From contig NC_086109.1 of the NCBI RefSeq assembly GCF_963921235.1, positions 9,054,001 to 9,118,000 on the forward strand: 64,000 nt of DNA, read 5' to 3'. Below are positions 49,766 through 62,945 of the stretch, piece by piece; position 1 is the first letter of the stretch, and each line of letters starts with the position of its first letter. Under the pieces are notes generated by a model that was not told where the DNA came from, made no database searches, and worked only from the letters and a program-made list of their open reading frames with translations. A program made the translations under genes and the position numbers. The stretch is from Mobula hypostoma (taxonomy: Eukaryota).

Positions 49766-52700
49766 GAGTCATTCTATAATTGGGGTACATTTCATATCCA
49801 TTGATGATAATGATATTTTTTCTAACTAGTTTCTTCAAAAATATCATATTTTACTGATTAAGGGAAAGCATATTATAAAATCAGACGAACATTTTGTGCA
49901 CACTATGTTTCATATAGCTTGAAATTGTCGTGATGTTCCTAAATTGACAGTTTTTTCAATGTCCATTTTTCAATTGAGTGGGTCTTGGCCTCAAAATAAT
50001 GATTGAAAAACCATTAAAGTTAGCATTATCTATTATTTTAAAATTCTAAATACTTTAGAAAAATACAATTTTAAAAATTAAGTTTCACATTTAAATGAAA
50101 TAAATATCTCAGTCTATTAATGTCTGTAAAAGTTCTGTCAACTATGTTACTAACAGAATACCCCCATAACTAAAAACTTGTTTGTCCCAAAACCATGTGA
50201 CCAGCATCACAGGATGTCATTTCTCTCAGTGGTGGCCATTTTGAATACATTCTGGTGAGTGTCCTCTCATTTTTAAAATATTTTATCTGTAATAGCGCAT
50301 TGTCAAGGAGTATATTAATTGACTGTCAGCTATGTTGGGTACATTGTTATGGTTTAGATTATGAAGACACGTAGTCCTCTTTTATTGTCATTTAGTAATG
50401 CATGCATTAAGAAATGATACAATATTTCCTCTGGTGTGATATCACAAAACACAGGACAGACCAAGACTGCAAAAACTGACAAAACCACATAATTATAACA
50501 TATAGTTACAACAGTACAACAATACCATAACCTGATGAAGAAGTCCACGAGCACAGTAAAAGTTCAAAGTCTCTCAAATGTCCCACATCTCATGCAGACG
50601 GGAGAAGGAAGAACCCTCCCTGCCATGCCGCCCACAGTCTGACTCTGAGTCATCAGAAAACTACGAGCTCTGATCAGCTCTCCGACACCGAGTACTGAGC
50701 GCCATCTCTGTCCGAATGATTCGACCTCAGCCTCAGTCGCCAACAACAGGCAAAGCCGGGGATTTTGAGGCCTACCCTCCGAAAGATTCCCGACCACGCA
50801 GTAACGACAGCAGCGAACGAGCGTTTCAGAACTTTCTCCAGATGTTCCTCTGTGCTTTCACGGCCCTCTCCATCAAATCAGAATTGTCCACGGCCCCTAT
50901 TTAACAGATACGATATCATTACAATTCTTTTATGATTTTAATTCAAATATATGTTGAAATTTAAGGTTAACCTGATAAAGAAAGTGACATGTGGTCAGTC
51001 ATGCAAGGCCTACCATTGAAATTAGGGGCTAAAATAGGGAAATTGTCAACTCTGTTACCTGTCAACTAAGTTACCCGGTAGGGCCAACTCATGAGTAACA
51101 TAGTTGACGTGACCCTACTGGGTAACATTGTTCACTGATGATAATGGACCAGTTGCTATAGATCAGTATATTTTGTCATAGTTTAGGCCTGTATGTGCCA
51201 GGGGAGTCTGAGGATTAAAGGGATATTTGCCGATGATTTTGAACAGATGTCAGCAGCTGAGAAACAGCGGAGTTACAGGGCTCAGCGGGATGCTGATCCT
51301 GCAAGATGGTCAGCATACTTGGAGAAGCAGGGAGAGGCATGGCATGGGCTCAGAGCACAAGGCAAGGTCAAAACAGTGACAGAGATGAGTGAGAGACAAA
51401 AAAGGAAGCAAGAGGGCCTATTGGAGGAAAGCACAGGAAAGAGCAGAGGAAGGAAGCGCACAGTGGCACCCGGAGAAATCATATACCGAAATGTAAGCTG
51501 CCCTTGCACCGGCAAACAAAGTTTTGAGTGTCCGTGTGAGAACACTAATAACTTTAGTTTTGGAGTTCAGCAAAAAACCCTGTGCTGCCCAAAGCAGACA
51601 AAACAAGGATGACGAATTCCAGTGGGTCCTGATTTGACTGACCAGTGGTCTGCTGTGAAATACGATGGTAAAATTTACCCAGGAGTCATTCAGGAAGTCA
51701 CTGAGACACATGTGCAGGTAAAGTGCATGCACCACATAGGAGTCAACCGTTTCTTCTGGCCACTAAGAGATGTTGTGCTGTGGTACCTGTTTGAGGACAT
51801 TGTGAGAATGATTCCCCCTGCAAAGCCAGTGACATCGCGTCACGTCGAAATCAATAAAGATTTCTGGTCTAGTTTCTAAAAGGTCCAACTCAATGTTGCA
51901 GTTAATATTGTTCTGTTAAATATTGAATTTACTGTACTATTTTTAGGTTAGGCCTCACTTGGACCCCTGCTGCCGCAGTTGTTTGAACCCATTACTTTAA
52001 CAAAGCATTACCTCAAAAAAACTGTTGTCTTCTATCATTCACCAGTTAGTCAAACCAAAGCTTGTTCCTCTACTACCTGTACGTTTTTTGCCTCACGTCT
52101 GTCAAATTTCTAAATGTGAATGTAAGATATAGTATATTGACTGTTTTGTATGAATTTTGTTAGTCAACATTTAATTCTGATTAAATGTGTGAATTGAAAG
52201 CACTTGTTTGAACCCTTCACCAGTTACTGGTCAATAGGAATGCTTTATTCACATTGTAGGAAAGCTTGTTCCTGTAGTATGTGTTTGTTTTAAGTAAATG
52301 AAAAAGTATTGTGTTCTGTATTCCTTTAATTAATCGTCATTGAATTCTGTATCTATGAATTGAAAGTTTCAATTGAATGGCACTTCTGCCTTGAAATAAA
52401 CACTGTGTTGATGATGGGAGGAGATGATGGCGGTGTGACACAGCACACGCAGCTCTCTGGTGAAATGATATCGTATTTGTAAGTAGGATGCCATGCACAA
52501 TTCTGATTTGATGAAGACAGACGTGAGAATCAAAGGAACATCTGGAGAAATTTCTGAAATGCCCGGTTCGCTGCCGCTGCTACTGTGCGATCGAGAATCT
52601 CTGGAGGAAGGCCTTAAAATCCCCGGCTTTGCCTGCTGCTGGCAACCGAAGCTGGGGTCGAAGCATTCGGCAGAGATGGTGCTTGGTACTTGGTGTCGGA

Positions 52701-53627
52701 GGGCTGATCGGAGCTCGAAGTTTTCGGACGACAGAGTCAAGACTGTGGTCGGGCATGGCAGGGAGAGTTTTCTTCTCCTGTCTGCATGAGATGTGGGACT
52801 TTAAAGAGACTTTGAACTTTTTACTGTGCTCATGGCCTGTTCTTCATCAAGTTATGGTATTGTTGCACTGTTGTAACTATATGTTATAATTATGTGGTTT
52901 TTGTTAGTTTTTCAGCCTTGGTCTGTCCTGTGTTTCTGTGATATCACACCAGAGGAATATTGTATCATTTCTTAATGCATGCATTACTAAATGACAATAA
53001 AAGAGGACTGTGTTTCCTCATAATCTGATAATCTATCTAATAATTATGTCCAGTCAGCTACGTTACTTGTGTCAACTATGTGACTTTCGTTGTCAACTAT
53101 GTTACACCTGATTTTTTTTTACATTTAAACTAACAAAAATGCTGCTTCTGATATCCTTCAAGGTATATCGTACATCCACACAGGTTGGAGTTTTGCATAA
53201 CATCTCTTAAAACTATCAAAACGACCTGTAAGGCAGATTTATGATTTAAAAAAATACTCCTGACCTTAATGACAGCGCTGAGCATATCACATTTATCTCT
53301 GCAAAATATTAAATTCTTAAAAAACTTCCGAAAAAAAATCATTGTACATATGGCAGAATAGACACAAGAACTCCTAAAAATGTATGTTACCTAAAGTAAA
53401 GCTTTTAGTCAAAATCTGCAATGGCACACAGTTTGTCCATAACATAGTTGACTGACTAGCTATCAAAGATATCCTTTCCCTAAAAAGTTGTTTAAGCTTT
53501 GCAACTAGTGGATATATTACACTGATGGAATATTTTAACTTATACCACTGATTGTTTTATTGAGAAAGCACATTACTTCTGTACTTTTTTGTTTATGTGA
53601 AATGTACCCCCAATTATCGAATGACTC
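49766..53627 (+). mobile_element. Sola2-like DNA transposon, internally deleted
   Basis: About 29-bp TIRs GAGTCATTCTATAATTGGGGTACATTTCA / TGAAATGTACCCCCAATTATCGAATGACTC; 4-bp TSD ATAC (49762-49765, 53628-53631). Transposase-like remnants MSAAEKQRSYR.. (51247-) and WSAVKYDGKIYPGVI..FFWPLRD (51622-51879). Confidence 0.8.
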
Positions 53628-54112
53628 ATACGTATGTGTTTTGATAATAAATCTACTTTGAACTTGAACCTTTGATGGAGGTATACAAAATTATGAGGGA
53701 TATATGCAGACAGGGTGAATGCACACTGAGGTTGGGTGAAAGGCTCAAACTAGAGGTCATAGGTTAAGGGTGAAAGGTGAAATATTTAGAGGGAACTTCT
53801 TCACTCAGAAGGTGGTGAGCGTGTGGAATGAGCTGCCAGCACAAGTGGTGGATGCAGGTTCGATTTCAACATTGAGGAGAAGTCTGGATATGTACATAGA
53901 GGGGAGGGGTACAGAGGGCTTTGGTTTGGGTGTGGGCCGATAGGACCAGCAGAATAATAGTTTAGCACAGACTAGATGGGCTGAAGGGCCAATTTCTCTG
54001 CCGTCTTCTCTGGCATTAATAAACTAATTAACCCGCAGCGTTAACGTGCCTTGTGGCTTGCCCGTGTCACTTGAGTCACAATGATCATCTGGTTTTATCT
54101 CCTCTGTTCCAG

Positions 54113-54214
54113 GAAAGAACAGAAGCCAGTGGGAGGACCGGGTCGCAGACGGTGGGAGTGATGCCTGGTGAGGAGAGTGATGCTGCACCCATCCCTGTCC
54201 GCATTACCCCGAGG
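54113..54214 (+). CDS. RASAL3: Internal coding exon (ERTEASGRTGSQTVGVMPGEESDAAPIPVRITPR)
   Basis: Acceptor TTTTATCTCCTCTGTTCCAG|, donor AGG|GTAAGG; 102 nt, phase 0-0; only this frame is open. Confidence 0.75.
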
Positions 54215-55819
54215 GTAAGGCCGACACTCCACCGCTCGCGGATGCCATCTGAGCTAGTCCTGTTGGCCTGTGTTTGGCCCATAACTTTTCCTTTCCCCTG
54301 CTCTGGTATTGGTTTATTACTGTCACGTGCCAAGATACTGGAGAAAATATCTTGCATGCTGTTTATACAGGTCAAATCAGTACACCGTAAGACATTTGGC
54401 CCTTTGATTGTGCTACTTATTCCATCGTGACTAATTTAATCTCCCCCTCACCTCCTCTCCTGGCCTCTCCCTGTAACCTTTGATGTCCTGACTATTGAAT
54501 AACCTGTCAACCTGCACTGTAAATACACCCGGTAACCTGGCCTCCACAGCCGCCTGTGGCAATGAATTCCACAGATTCACCAGTCTCTGGCTAGCAGGGT
54601 TCCCAACCTTTTTTTTTAATGCCATGGACCCATAGGTTAATGGATTCCAAGTCGAGAACTTCTGGTTTAAAGAAATTCCTCCTCCTCTCTGTTCTGAAGG
54701 AACGTCCTTGTATTCTGAGGCTGTGCCCTCTGATTATAGATCCTCTGACAATAGGCAACATCCTTCCCATGTCCACTCTATCTAGGCCTTTCAGTATTCA
54801 ATAGGTTTCAATGAGGTCCCCCTCATTCATACACTATTGAGCTAAAAACAGTACAACAATAACAAAGTATGATAAAGTGTAAAAGCTACTGAAACTTCAG
54901 TGCAGGTAAACGATAAGAGCAAGACCATAACGAGGTAGACTGTGAGGCTAAGTGTCTGTCTTGTACAAGAGGTCCGTTCAGGATGGTGGGATGGAAGCTG
55001 TCCTTGAGCCTGGTGGTACAGGGGATTGCTGGGCAGCGAGGCTCAAAGTGCCGGAAGGGCCTATTTCCGTGCTGTATCTTATATAAAAAATAAAATCCGA
55101 GGCTGAAGTATGGATATGGAATTGGTGGCATTCGTTAGTCTCGCAAGACCATGGATCTGCGCCTGAAAGGTCTGTCGCGGTGAGGCGCAGGCCTGGGCAA
55201 GGTTGTATGGAAGACCAGCAGCTGCCCATGCTGCCAGTCTCCCCTCTCCACGACACTGATGTTGTCCAAGGGAAGGGCAAGGGCCGATACAGCTTGGCAC
55301 CAGTGACGGCGCAGGAGTTGTCAGAGCGAGCTTGAAGGCAACGTCGGACTGCCTGAGGGACTCCAGCTCCGGATTTGTCCTCAGGGTTTACTCCCGAAGC
55401 CTTTCCCATGAGTGGGTATGGCCGCAAGGCAGCGGGGGTTTGAAATCAGAGTTTTCCCCCTCTCTTAGATGGACTGCCTTCCCAGGCTGACGAGCTCCAT
55501 CTAGCTGAGGATATGGAATAATATGCGCATAAATACATAAGTAAATCCGCCATGGATGGTCCCAATCCCGGCTGTGCAAGGAGGAGAGTTGGACGTGAGG
55601 CTAGCAACCCGATCCCGTAAAAACCCAGAGCCACAGGAACGCCAACAGAAGATCCAAAGACCTTATCCCTGGGAGAGGAAGGATCTTCGCCTGGAAGATG
55701 CAAGCTGGCCCGGGACGGAGGACTCTGTGGAGCTGCTGTCGGCAGCCTATAAACCCCAGTAAAGGTGACGGGATTAGGAAGAAGAGCTACACAAATACCA
55801 ATGTGTAAACTGTCACTCA

Positions 55820-58001
55820 CAACACGCTGGAGGAACTCAGCAGGTCGGGCAGCATCCGTGGAAACGATCGGTCAACGTTTTGGGCCGGAACCCTTCGTCA
55901 GGACTGTAGAGGGAAGGGGCAGAGGCTATATAAAGAAGGTGGGGGGAGGGTGGGAAGGAGAAGGCTGGTAGGTTCCAGGTGAAAAACCAGTAAGGGGAAA
56001 GATAAAGGGGTGGGGGAGGGGAAGCAGGGAGATGAAGAAGGAATAGGGGAAAACACAATGGGTAGTAGAAGGAGGCGGAACCATGAGGGAGGTGATAGGC
56101 AGGTGGGGGAGGGGGCAGAGTGAAATAGGGATAGGGGAAGGGAGGGGGAGGGAATTACCGGAAGTTGGAGAATTCTATGTTCATACCAAGGGGCTGGAGA
56201 CTACCTAGACGGTATATGAGGTGTTGCTCCTCCAGCCTGAGTTTAGCTTCATCATGGCAGTAGAGGAGGCCATGTATGGACATATCTGAATGGGAATGGG
56301 AAGCAAACTTGAAGTGGGTGGCAACCGGGAGATCCTGTCTGTTGTGGCAGACGGAGCGGAGGTGCTTGACAAAGCGGTCCCCAATCTGCGTCGGGTTTCA
56401 CCGATGTAGAGGAGGCCGCACCAGGGGCACCGGATGCAATAGATGACCCCAACAGACTCACAAGTGAAGTGTTGCCTCACCTGGAAGGACTGTTTGGGGA
56501 CCTGAATGGTTGCAAGAGATGAGGTGTAGGGACAGGTATAGCACTTACGCTTACAGGGATAAGTACCGGGTGAGAGATCCGTGGGGAAGGACGTGTGGAC
56601 CAGGGAGTCACGGAGGGACCGATCCCTGCGGAAAGCGGAGAGGGGCAGAGAGGGAAAGATGTGCTTAGCGGTGGGGTCCTGTGGAAGGTTGTGGAAGTTG
56701 CAGAGGATAATGTGCTGGATCCGGAGGCTAGTGGGGTGGTAGGTGAGGACAAGGGGAACTCTGTCCCTGTTGTGGTGACGGGAGGATGGGGTGAGGGCCA
56801 AAGTGCGGGAAATGGAGGAGATGCGGGTGAGGGCATCATTGATGACAGCAGAAGGGAAACCACGATCCTTAAAGAAAGAGGACATTTGAGATGTCCTGGA
56901 ACAGAAAGCCTCATCCTCGGAGCAGATGCGGCGGAGACGGAGGAACTGGGAATAGGGAATGGCATTTTTGCACGTTGCAGGGTGGGAAGAGGTATAGTTG
57001 AGGTAGTTATGAGAGTCGAGCTTATAAAAGATGTCAGTGGACAGTCTGACTCCAGAGATGGAGACCAAGAGATCGAGAAAGGGGAGAGAAGTGTCCGAGA
57101 TGGACCATGTGAATTTGAGGGCTGGGTGGAAGTTTGAAGTAAAGTTGATGAAATTGACGAGCTCAGCATGGGTGCAGGAAGCAGCACCAATGTAGTTGTC
57201 AATGTAGCGAAGGAAAAGTCGGGGAGCAGTACCAGTATAGGTTGGAGCATAGATTGTTCCACATAACCAACGAAGAGGCAGGCATAGCTGGGGCCCATGC
57301 GAGTGCCCATGGCTACACCCTTGGTCTGAAGAAAGTGGGAAGAGCCAAAAGAGAACTATTAAGTGTGAGTACCAGTTCCGCCAACCGGAGGAGGGTAGTG
57401 GTGGTGGGAAATTGGTGAGGTCTATTGTCCAGAAAGTAGCGGAGGGCTTTGAGGCCGCCTTGATGGGAAATGGAAGTATATAAGGATTGGACATCCATAG
57501 TGAAAATGAAGCGGTCGGGACTGGGGAACTGGAAATTATTGAAGAGGTGGAGGGCATGGGATGCATCCCGGATGTAGGTGGGGAGGGACTGAACTATGGG
57601 TGACAAAATGGAGTCCAGGTAGGCAGATAAAAGTTCGATGGGACAGGAGCAGGCAGAAACTATGGGTCTGCCGGGACAGTCAGGCTTGTGGATCTTGGGG
57701 AGGAGGTAAAACCGAGCGGTATGGGGTGTGGGAATTATGAGTTTAGCTGCTGAGGATGGAAGGTCTCCGGAGTTGATAAGAGCGGTGATGGTGCAGGAGA
57801 CAATGGTTTGATATTTTTTGTTGGGGTCCTGTTCCAGGGGTAAGTAAGAGGAGGTGTCAGAGAGCTGCCGTTTGGCCTCAGTGAGGTAGAGATCCGTCCG
57901 ACAGACTACTACGACACCACCTTTGTCAGCGGGTTTGATGGTGAGGTTGGGATTAGTGCGGAGAGAGTGGAGGGCAGTGCGTTCAGAGGGAGTGAGGTTA
58001 G
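55820..58001 (-). mobile_element. Penelope-like element (RT + GIY-YIG endonuclease), 5'-truncated and frameshifted, with terminal repeat
   Basis: FTMDVQSLYTSI, MGTRMGPSYACLFVG, RYIDNYIG, LPFLDL, VIYCIRCPWCGLLYIGETRRRLG. The 3' repeat carries a hammerhead remnant at 55870-55905 (GAAA changed to AAAA). Confidence 0.93.
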
Positions 58002-58935
58002 ATCTATTGCATCCATGGGTTTAAAGCATATTTCGCCAAGCTTAAGTAAAAACTGAAGCAAACCAAAAATTTAAAAAAATCTGGAATTTAATTCCAGGAA
58101 TAAATTGGTAGCATAATTAGTTCATTATTGTCACACATAGTGAGGTATAGTGAAAAAAATGGAATGCTTGCCATCCGTACAGAGAACGTCATCACACAGT
58201 ACGGGGGAAAACAAAACCAGGATGCGGATTGGAGTGTTACAGAGAGGAAGTGCCTTACTGCGAGACAGTAAGATGCAGGGCCACGACGAGGTAGATTGTG
58301 AGGTCAAGAGTCCATCTTACTAGGGGTCTGTTCAATGGGTTTAAAACAGTAGTGTAGAGGACAATTTCTACAGACCAGCCAAATCCAAGGTGTGACACAG
58401 TATAGTTGTACTCTCACCTTCAAAACCAAATGGAGTAGATAACTTATGCCTACATATGTCTAAGGAGTCTTGAGTAGGAGTGGTTCCATAACCCAATTCT
58501 GCTCTGTCAGTAAAGAAGATGATAATTACCTTTGACATAACGGCACCTTCTTGTTCTAACTCCATTCTGCTTTGAATGCAAAAATTGATTTTGATGCCTT
58601 GTATGTTTTCAGGGATTGAGCATCCAAGGCCCAGGGATAAATGATTCCATAGATTAACGACTGTCTGACTGACGACATCTTTCCACCTTTCTGTAATGTC
58701 CCGAGACTTAAATTCCTGCAATGCTGAGCATGACCATTGGGGGGCAGTAAAAGCACTTGTAACATGAACTGTGTGGACAGTGCTGTCTCATTTGGTGTTG
58801 GTCCAGGAGTAACTTTTGTACGTCTATGTATTAAATTTCTTGGAGTAAATTTAAAAAAATGGCTGGAGGAACTTAGTGAGTCAGGCAGTATCTATAGAGA
58901 ATATAAAAGCAAGGTAATACAGAGGCTTTATAAGG

Positions 58936-60132
58936 CACGGGTCCCCAACCATTTTTGCACTGAGGACCAGTTTATTATTGACAATATCCTGCGGACTGGC
59001 CGACCGGGGGGGGGGGGGGGGGCGGGTAGGGTTGCCAATGGACAAGAGTAGCAGTCCAATACGTTGTGTTTACTCTGAGAAAGACTACCATGACCATGAA
59101 GCCTTGCGCGGGCACCTGTGTGCGCATGCATGTACGTGTTGATTTTTTTTCTACAAATCATTTTTGGCGATTCTGTCCAGAGGGGGTGTTAATCACGACT
59201 AGAATATAGGTGATAAGTGGCTAATACACTCAATTTCATTTCTAAAAAGGTTTATCTAACGAATTTAATATTAAACACACAGCGCATATTTTCCTCGCAT
59301 GAATATAGTGATAAGTCAATTATCAGGGGAGGACAGGGGAGCTTGAAGTAAGCGTTGAACGAACTTCCAGTAGAAGTGGTAGAGGCAGGTTCGATATTGT
59401 CACTTAAAGAAAAATTGGATAGGTATATGGACAGGAAAGGAATGGAGGGTTATGGGCTGAGTGCAGGTCGGTGGGACTAGGTGAGAGTAGCGTTCGGCAT
59501 GGACTAGAAGGGCAGAGATGGCCTGTTTCCGTGCTGTAATTGTTATATGGTTATATAAGTCACTTATAAGTCAATAGCTTCATAACATTTTAAGTAACAT
59601 TTGGATATTAAACACACAGTTCCCCGTATGAACATATAAAATCATTGCAATGCACCAATATGGCTGAATCAGTGGGAGCCCTGGGCTGAATACTTGTTTT
59701 CCTGCAACAAGGCGGTCCTGTCGAGGGGTGATGGGAGACAGCGATACTTGAAGGGGGTTCCTTATGTCCAGTCTATTCCACAATTTAGTTTTCGTTGCAT
59801 TCATTGCAGAGATAAGTTGGAAATGGAAGCAACGTTTTCAGTGCTTTCGTGGCTATCTCAGGATATTCAGCCTTGACTTTGACCCAGAATGCCGGCAGAG
59901 ATGTTATGTCAAACATACTTTTCAGCCCGCCGTCATTTGCAAGCTCGAGGAGTTGATCTCCTTCCCGCGCTGACATGGATGACACGCGGGTAATGACCTC
60001 ACATGCGTAATGGCTCAACAGTGGCCGTGACAGGGAACGAGGAACGGTGCAGCTGACTCGTATCACCAAATCATATCGTTTCCTCGCGGCCTGGTAGCAC
60101 ACGCTTTGCGGCCCGGTGGTTGGGGACCGCTG
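58936..60132 (-). mobile_element. Non-autonomous Charlie-type hAT transposon with perfect 8-bp TSD
   Basis: TIRs CACGGGTCCCCAACC / GGTTGGGGACCGCTG; TSD TTATAAGG (58928-58935, 60133-60140). hAT dimerisation-domain remnant QLLELANDGGLKSMF..FWVKVKAEYPEIATKALKTLLPFPTYLC. Confidence 0.9.
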
Positions 60133-60639
60133 TTATAAGGCAATGGTAGAGCCTCACTTGGAGTATTGTGAGCTGCTTTAACTAAGAAATTGGAGAGGTT
60201 CCAGAGGAGGTTCATGAGAATGATTCCAGGAATGAAAGGGTTACTGTATGAGGACCCATTGTCTCTGGGCCTGTACTCGCTGGAATTCAGAAGAATGAGA
60301 GGGTGGGGGGGAATCTAATTGAAACTTCTCAATAGAGTGGATGTGGAGAGGATATTTCCTGTGGTGGGAGAGTCTAGGACCAGAGGCACAGCCTCAGAAT
60401 AGAGGGACGTCTATTTAGAACGGAGATGAGGAATTTCTTCAGTTGCACATGAATTCTAGTTTCTCTGTATAGATGCTGCCCGGCCTGCTGAGTGTTTCTA
60501 GATTTGAGTTTTCTTGCTCCTTGTGCAGTTGTGTTTGTTATTTGTGATTGGCAGCTGACAGAGGGACATCAACCTGAGATTTCTTAACCCTGGCCAAGTG
60601 TAAAGACCAGGATACCACTACCCCTTGCTTCCCCCATAG

Positions 60640-60804
60640 GCTCACGAAGTATGGCAAACACTGGGGAGCTTTACTGTAGTGCAGACGGACGCTGCGCTGA
60701 AGCTGCCCACTGTGATGACCCTACCAATTGAGTCGAGCGATCCAGAACCACGGGAAAAGAGGAAGAAAACAGCCACAGCAAGTCATCGCCTCTCAAACAT
60801 TCGG
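60640..60804 (+). CDS. RASAL3: Internal coding exon (AHEVWQTLGSFTVVQ...KRKKTATASHRLSNIR); gene continues beyond the window
   Basis: Acceptor CCCCTTGCTTCCCCCATAG|, donor CGG|GTACGT; 165 nt, phase 0-0. Confidence 0.75.
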
Positions 60805-62199
60805 GTACGTACCGCTGAAGGATGGGGTGGCTTTATTCAAGATTCAAGTTCAAATTTAATTGTCGTTCAACCGTACACATGTATGCAGCCAAACAAAACA
60901 TTGTTCCTCCGGGGCCAATTTCTGTCACACTCAAGCACACAGGCCCAAAATAAAATTAGCACCGGTCACCTGTATGTTACCTGTAACGTCACCTATACTG
61001 AGGTAAAGTGAAAAGTTCTGCAAGCCTTCCAGCAACACACACTAGATACTGGAGGGACTCAGCAGCATCTACAGTGGGTAATAAATAGTCGACGCTTTGG
61101 GCCGAGCACCTTCATCAGGACTGCGTTTGTGGGGGGGGGGTAGAAGCCAGAATAAGGAGGAGGGGGTGAGAGGAGTACAAGCTGGCAGGTGATAGGTGAG
61201 ACCAGGTAGACGGGTGGGGGAGGCTGTGACGTAAGAAGTAGGGAGGGGATAGGTGGAAAGGGCTGAAGAAGAAGGAATCTGATAGGAGAGGAGAGTGGCC
61301 TATGGAAGAGAGGGATGGAGGAAGGATACCAGAGGGAGGTGATAGGATAGGGCAGTGAGACAGCCATTCCAGTCATTTTAAACATAAGTATTTTGAAGAA
61401 GTACAAGGGAAGCAACAGCTACAGAGTAGGCAGACGATATGGTGCCAGCGATGACAAAGTAAATTAATTATGAGGTCAGCAGTTCATCTTTAATTTACAA
61501 GAAGTCAGTTCAAGAGTCATAACTGTATTATGGGAGAACATTGTGAGGTCAAGAGTCCAGTTTACCATACTAGGGAACCAGTCAATAGTCTGATAATTGT
61601 GGGCTAGAAGCTGGCCCTGAGCCTGGTGGTACGTGTTTTCAGGCCTGTATATCCTGCCTGATGGGAGAGGGTCTGAGTTGGGTGGGGTCTGTGATGGATT
61701 GAGGTTGGGAGGGGGAGGTTAGAGATAGCCACTGGAGGGAGGATATGCAGGAATACAGGAGCTGGGTTCTGATAAGTAGGAAGGGAGAGAACGGGACCCA
61801 TTAGGGGAGATACACTAATCTGGAACCAGATTGGGAGGGTGGTGGTAGGGGGAGGTGGGTAGGGCCAGTTGGCGACCTGCCCACCTGCCCTCTCCATTCT
61901 CAGTCCTGATGCAGTCTTTTGACCCAAAACTTCAGCAACTTCTCCCCCTCCACCCACAACCGCAGATGCTCCCCAACCCGCTGAGTTCCTCCAGCAGATC
62001 GTGTGTTGCTTCAGGAATGGAATGATGCTAGATCATCGTCACCAGAATCTGGTTTAATATCGTCTGCATGTGTCGTGGAATTTGTTAGTGGCAGCAGTAC
62101 AATGTAATACATAACAATATAGAAAAATAAACAAATTACATTAAGTATATCTATATATATTCAATAGTGAAAAATAGTGCAAAAGCAGAAATAATAGAG

Positions 62200-62945
62200 T
62201 GAGGTAGTGTTCATGGGTTCAATGTCCATTCAGAAATTGGATGGCAGAGGGGAAGAAGCGATTCCTGAATCGCTGAGTGTGTGCCTTCAGGCTCCTGTAC
62301 CTCCCTCCTGATGGTAACAATGAGAAGAGGACATCTCCTGGATGCTGGGGGTCTTTAATAATGGATGCTGCCCTTCTGAGGCACCGCTCCTTGAAGATAT
62401 TTTGGATACTACGGAGGCTAGTACACAAGATGGAGCTGACTAATTTTACAACTCTCTGTAGTGTCTTTCGATCCTGTGCAGTAGCCCCCAACCGCAACCT
62501 CCCCACCTCTCCCCTGTACCAGACGGTGATACAGCCGGTTAGAATGCTCTCCATTGTGCTGTGGTAAACCATGTATATAGGTTGTAACTGGGTTACCTGT
62601 CTGGACAGGCCCCTCTGCTGACTGCTCCTGTGGCTCCCCCCACAGATCCCTGAATAAAGGCGATTGCGCCATTGCTCCTCCCTCAGTCCAGGACAGACAC
62701 AGCATGGACGAGGACCCATTTTACTGTTAATAAAAGCCTTTCAGTATTTACTCTACTTCCAGTCTTTTGGAGTAATTGATAGTGCATCAGTAGAAGTCTT
62801 TGAGTGTTGTAGGTGACAAACCAAACTACCTCAAACTCCTAATGAAATATAGCCATTATCCTGCCTTCCAGCTTGGAGACTCAGGAACTTGAAATTGCTC
62901 ACCTTCTCCACTTCTGATCCCTCCGTGAGGATTTGTATGTGTTCC
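62200..62945 (-). mobile_element. Rex/Babar-type LINE fragment interrupted by a probable short solo LTR (62560-62789)
   Basis: ESILTGCITVWY..RAASIIKDPQHP..RFRNRFFPSAI. The insert has TG...CA termini and AATAAA; TSD not clean. Confidence 0.7.

Noticed and set aside
56595..57137. 180-aa plus-strand ORF
   Set aside because: Antisense shadow of the Penelope RT.
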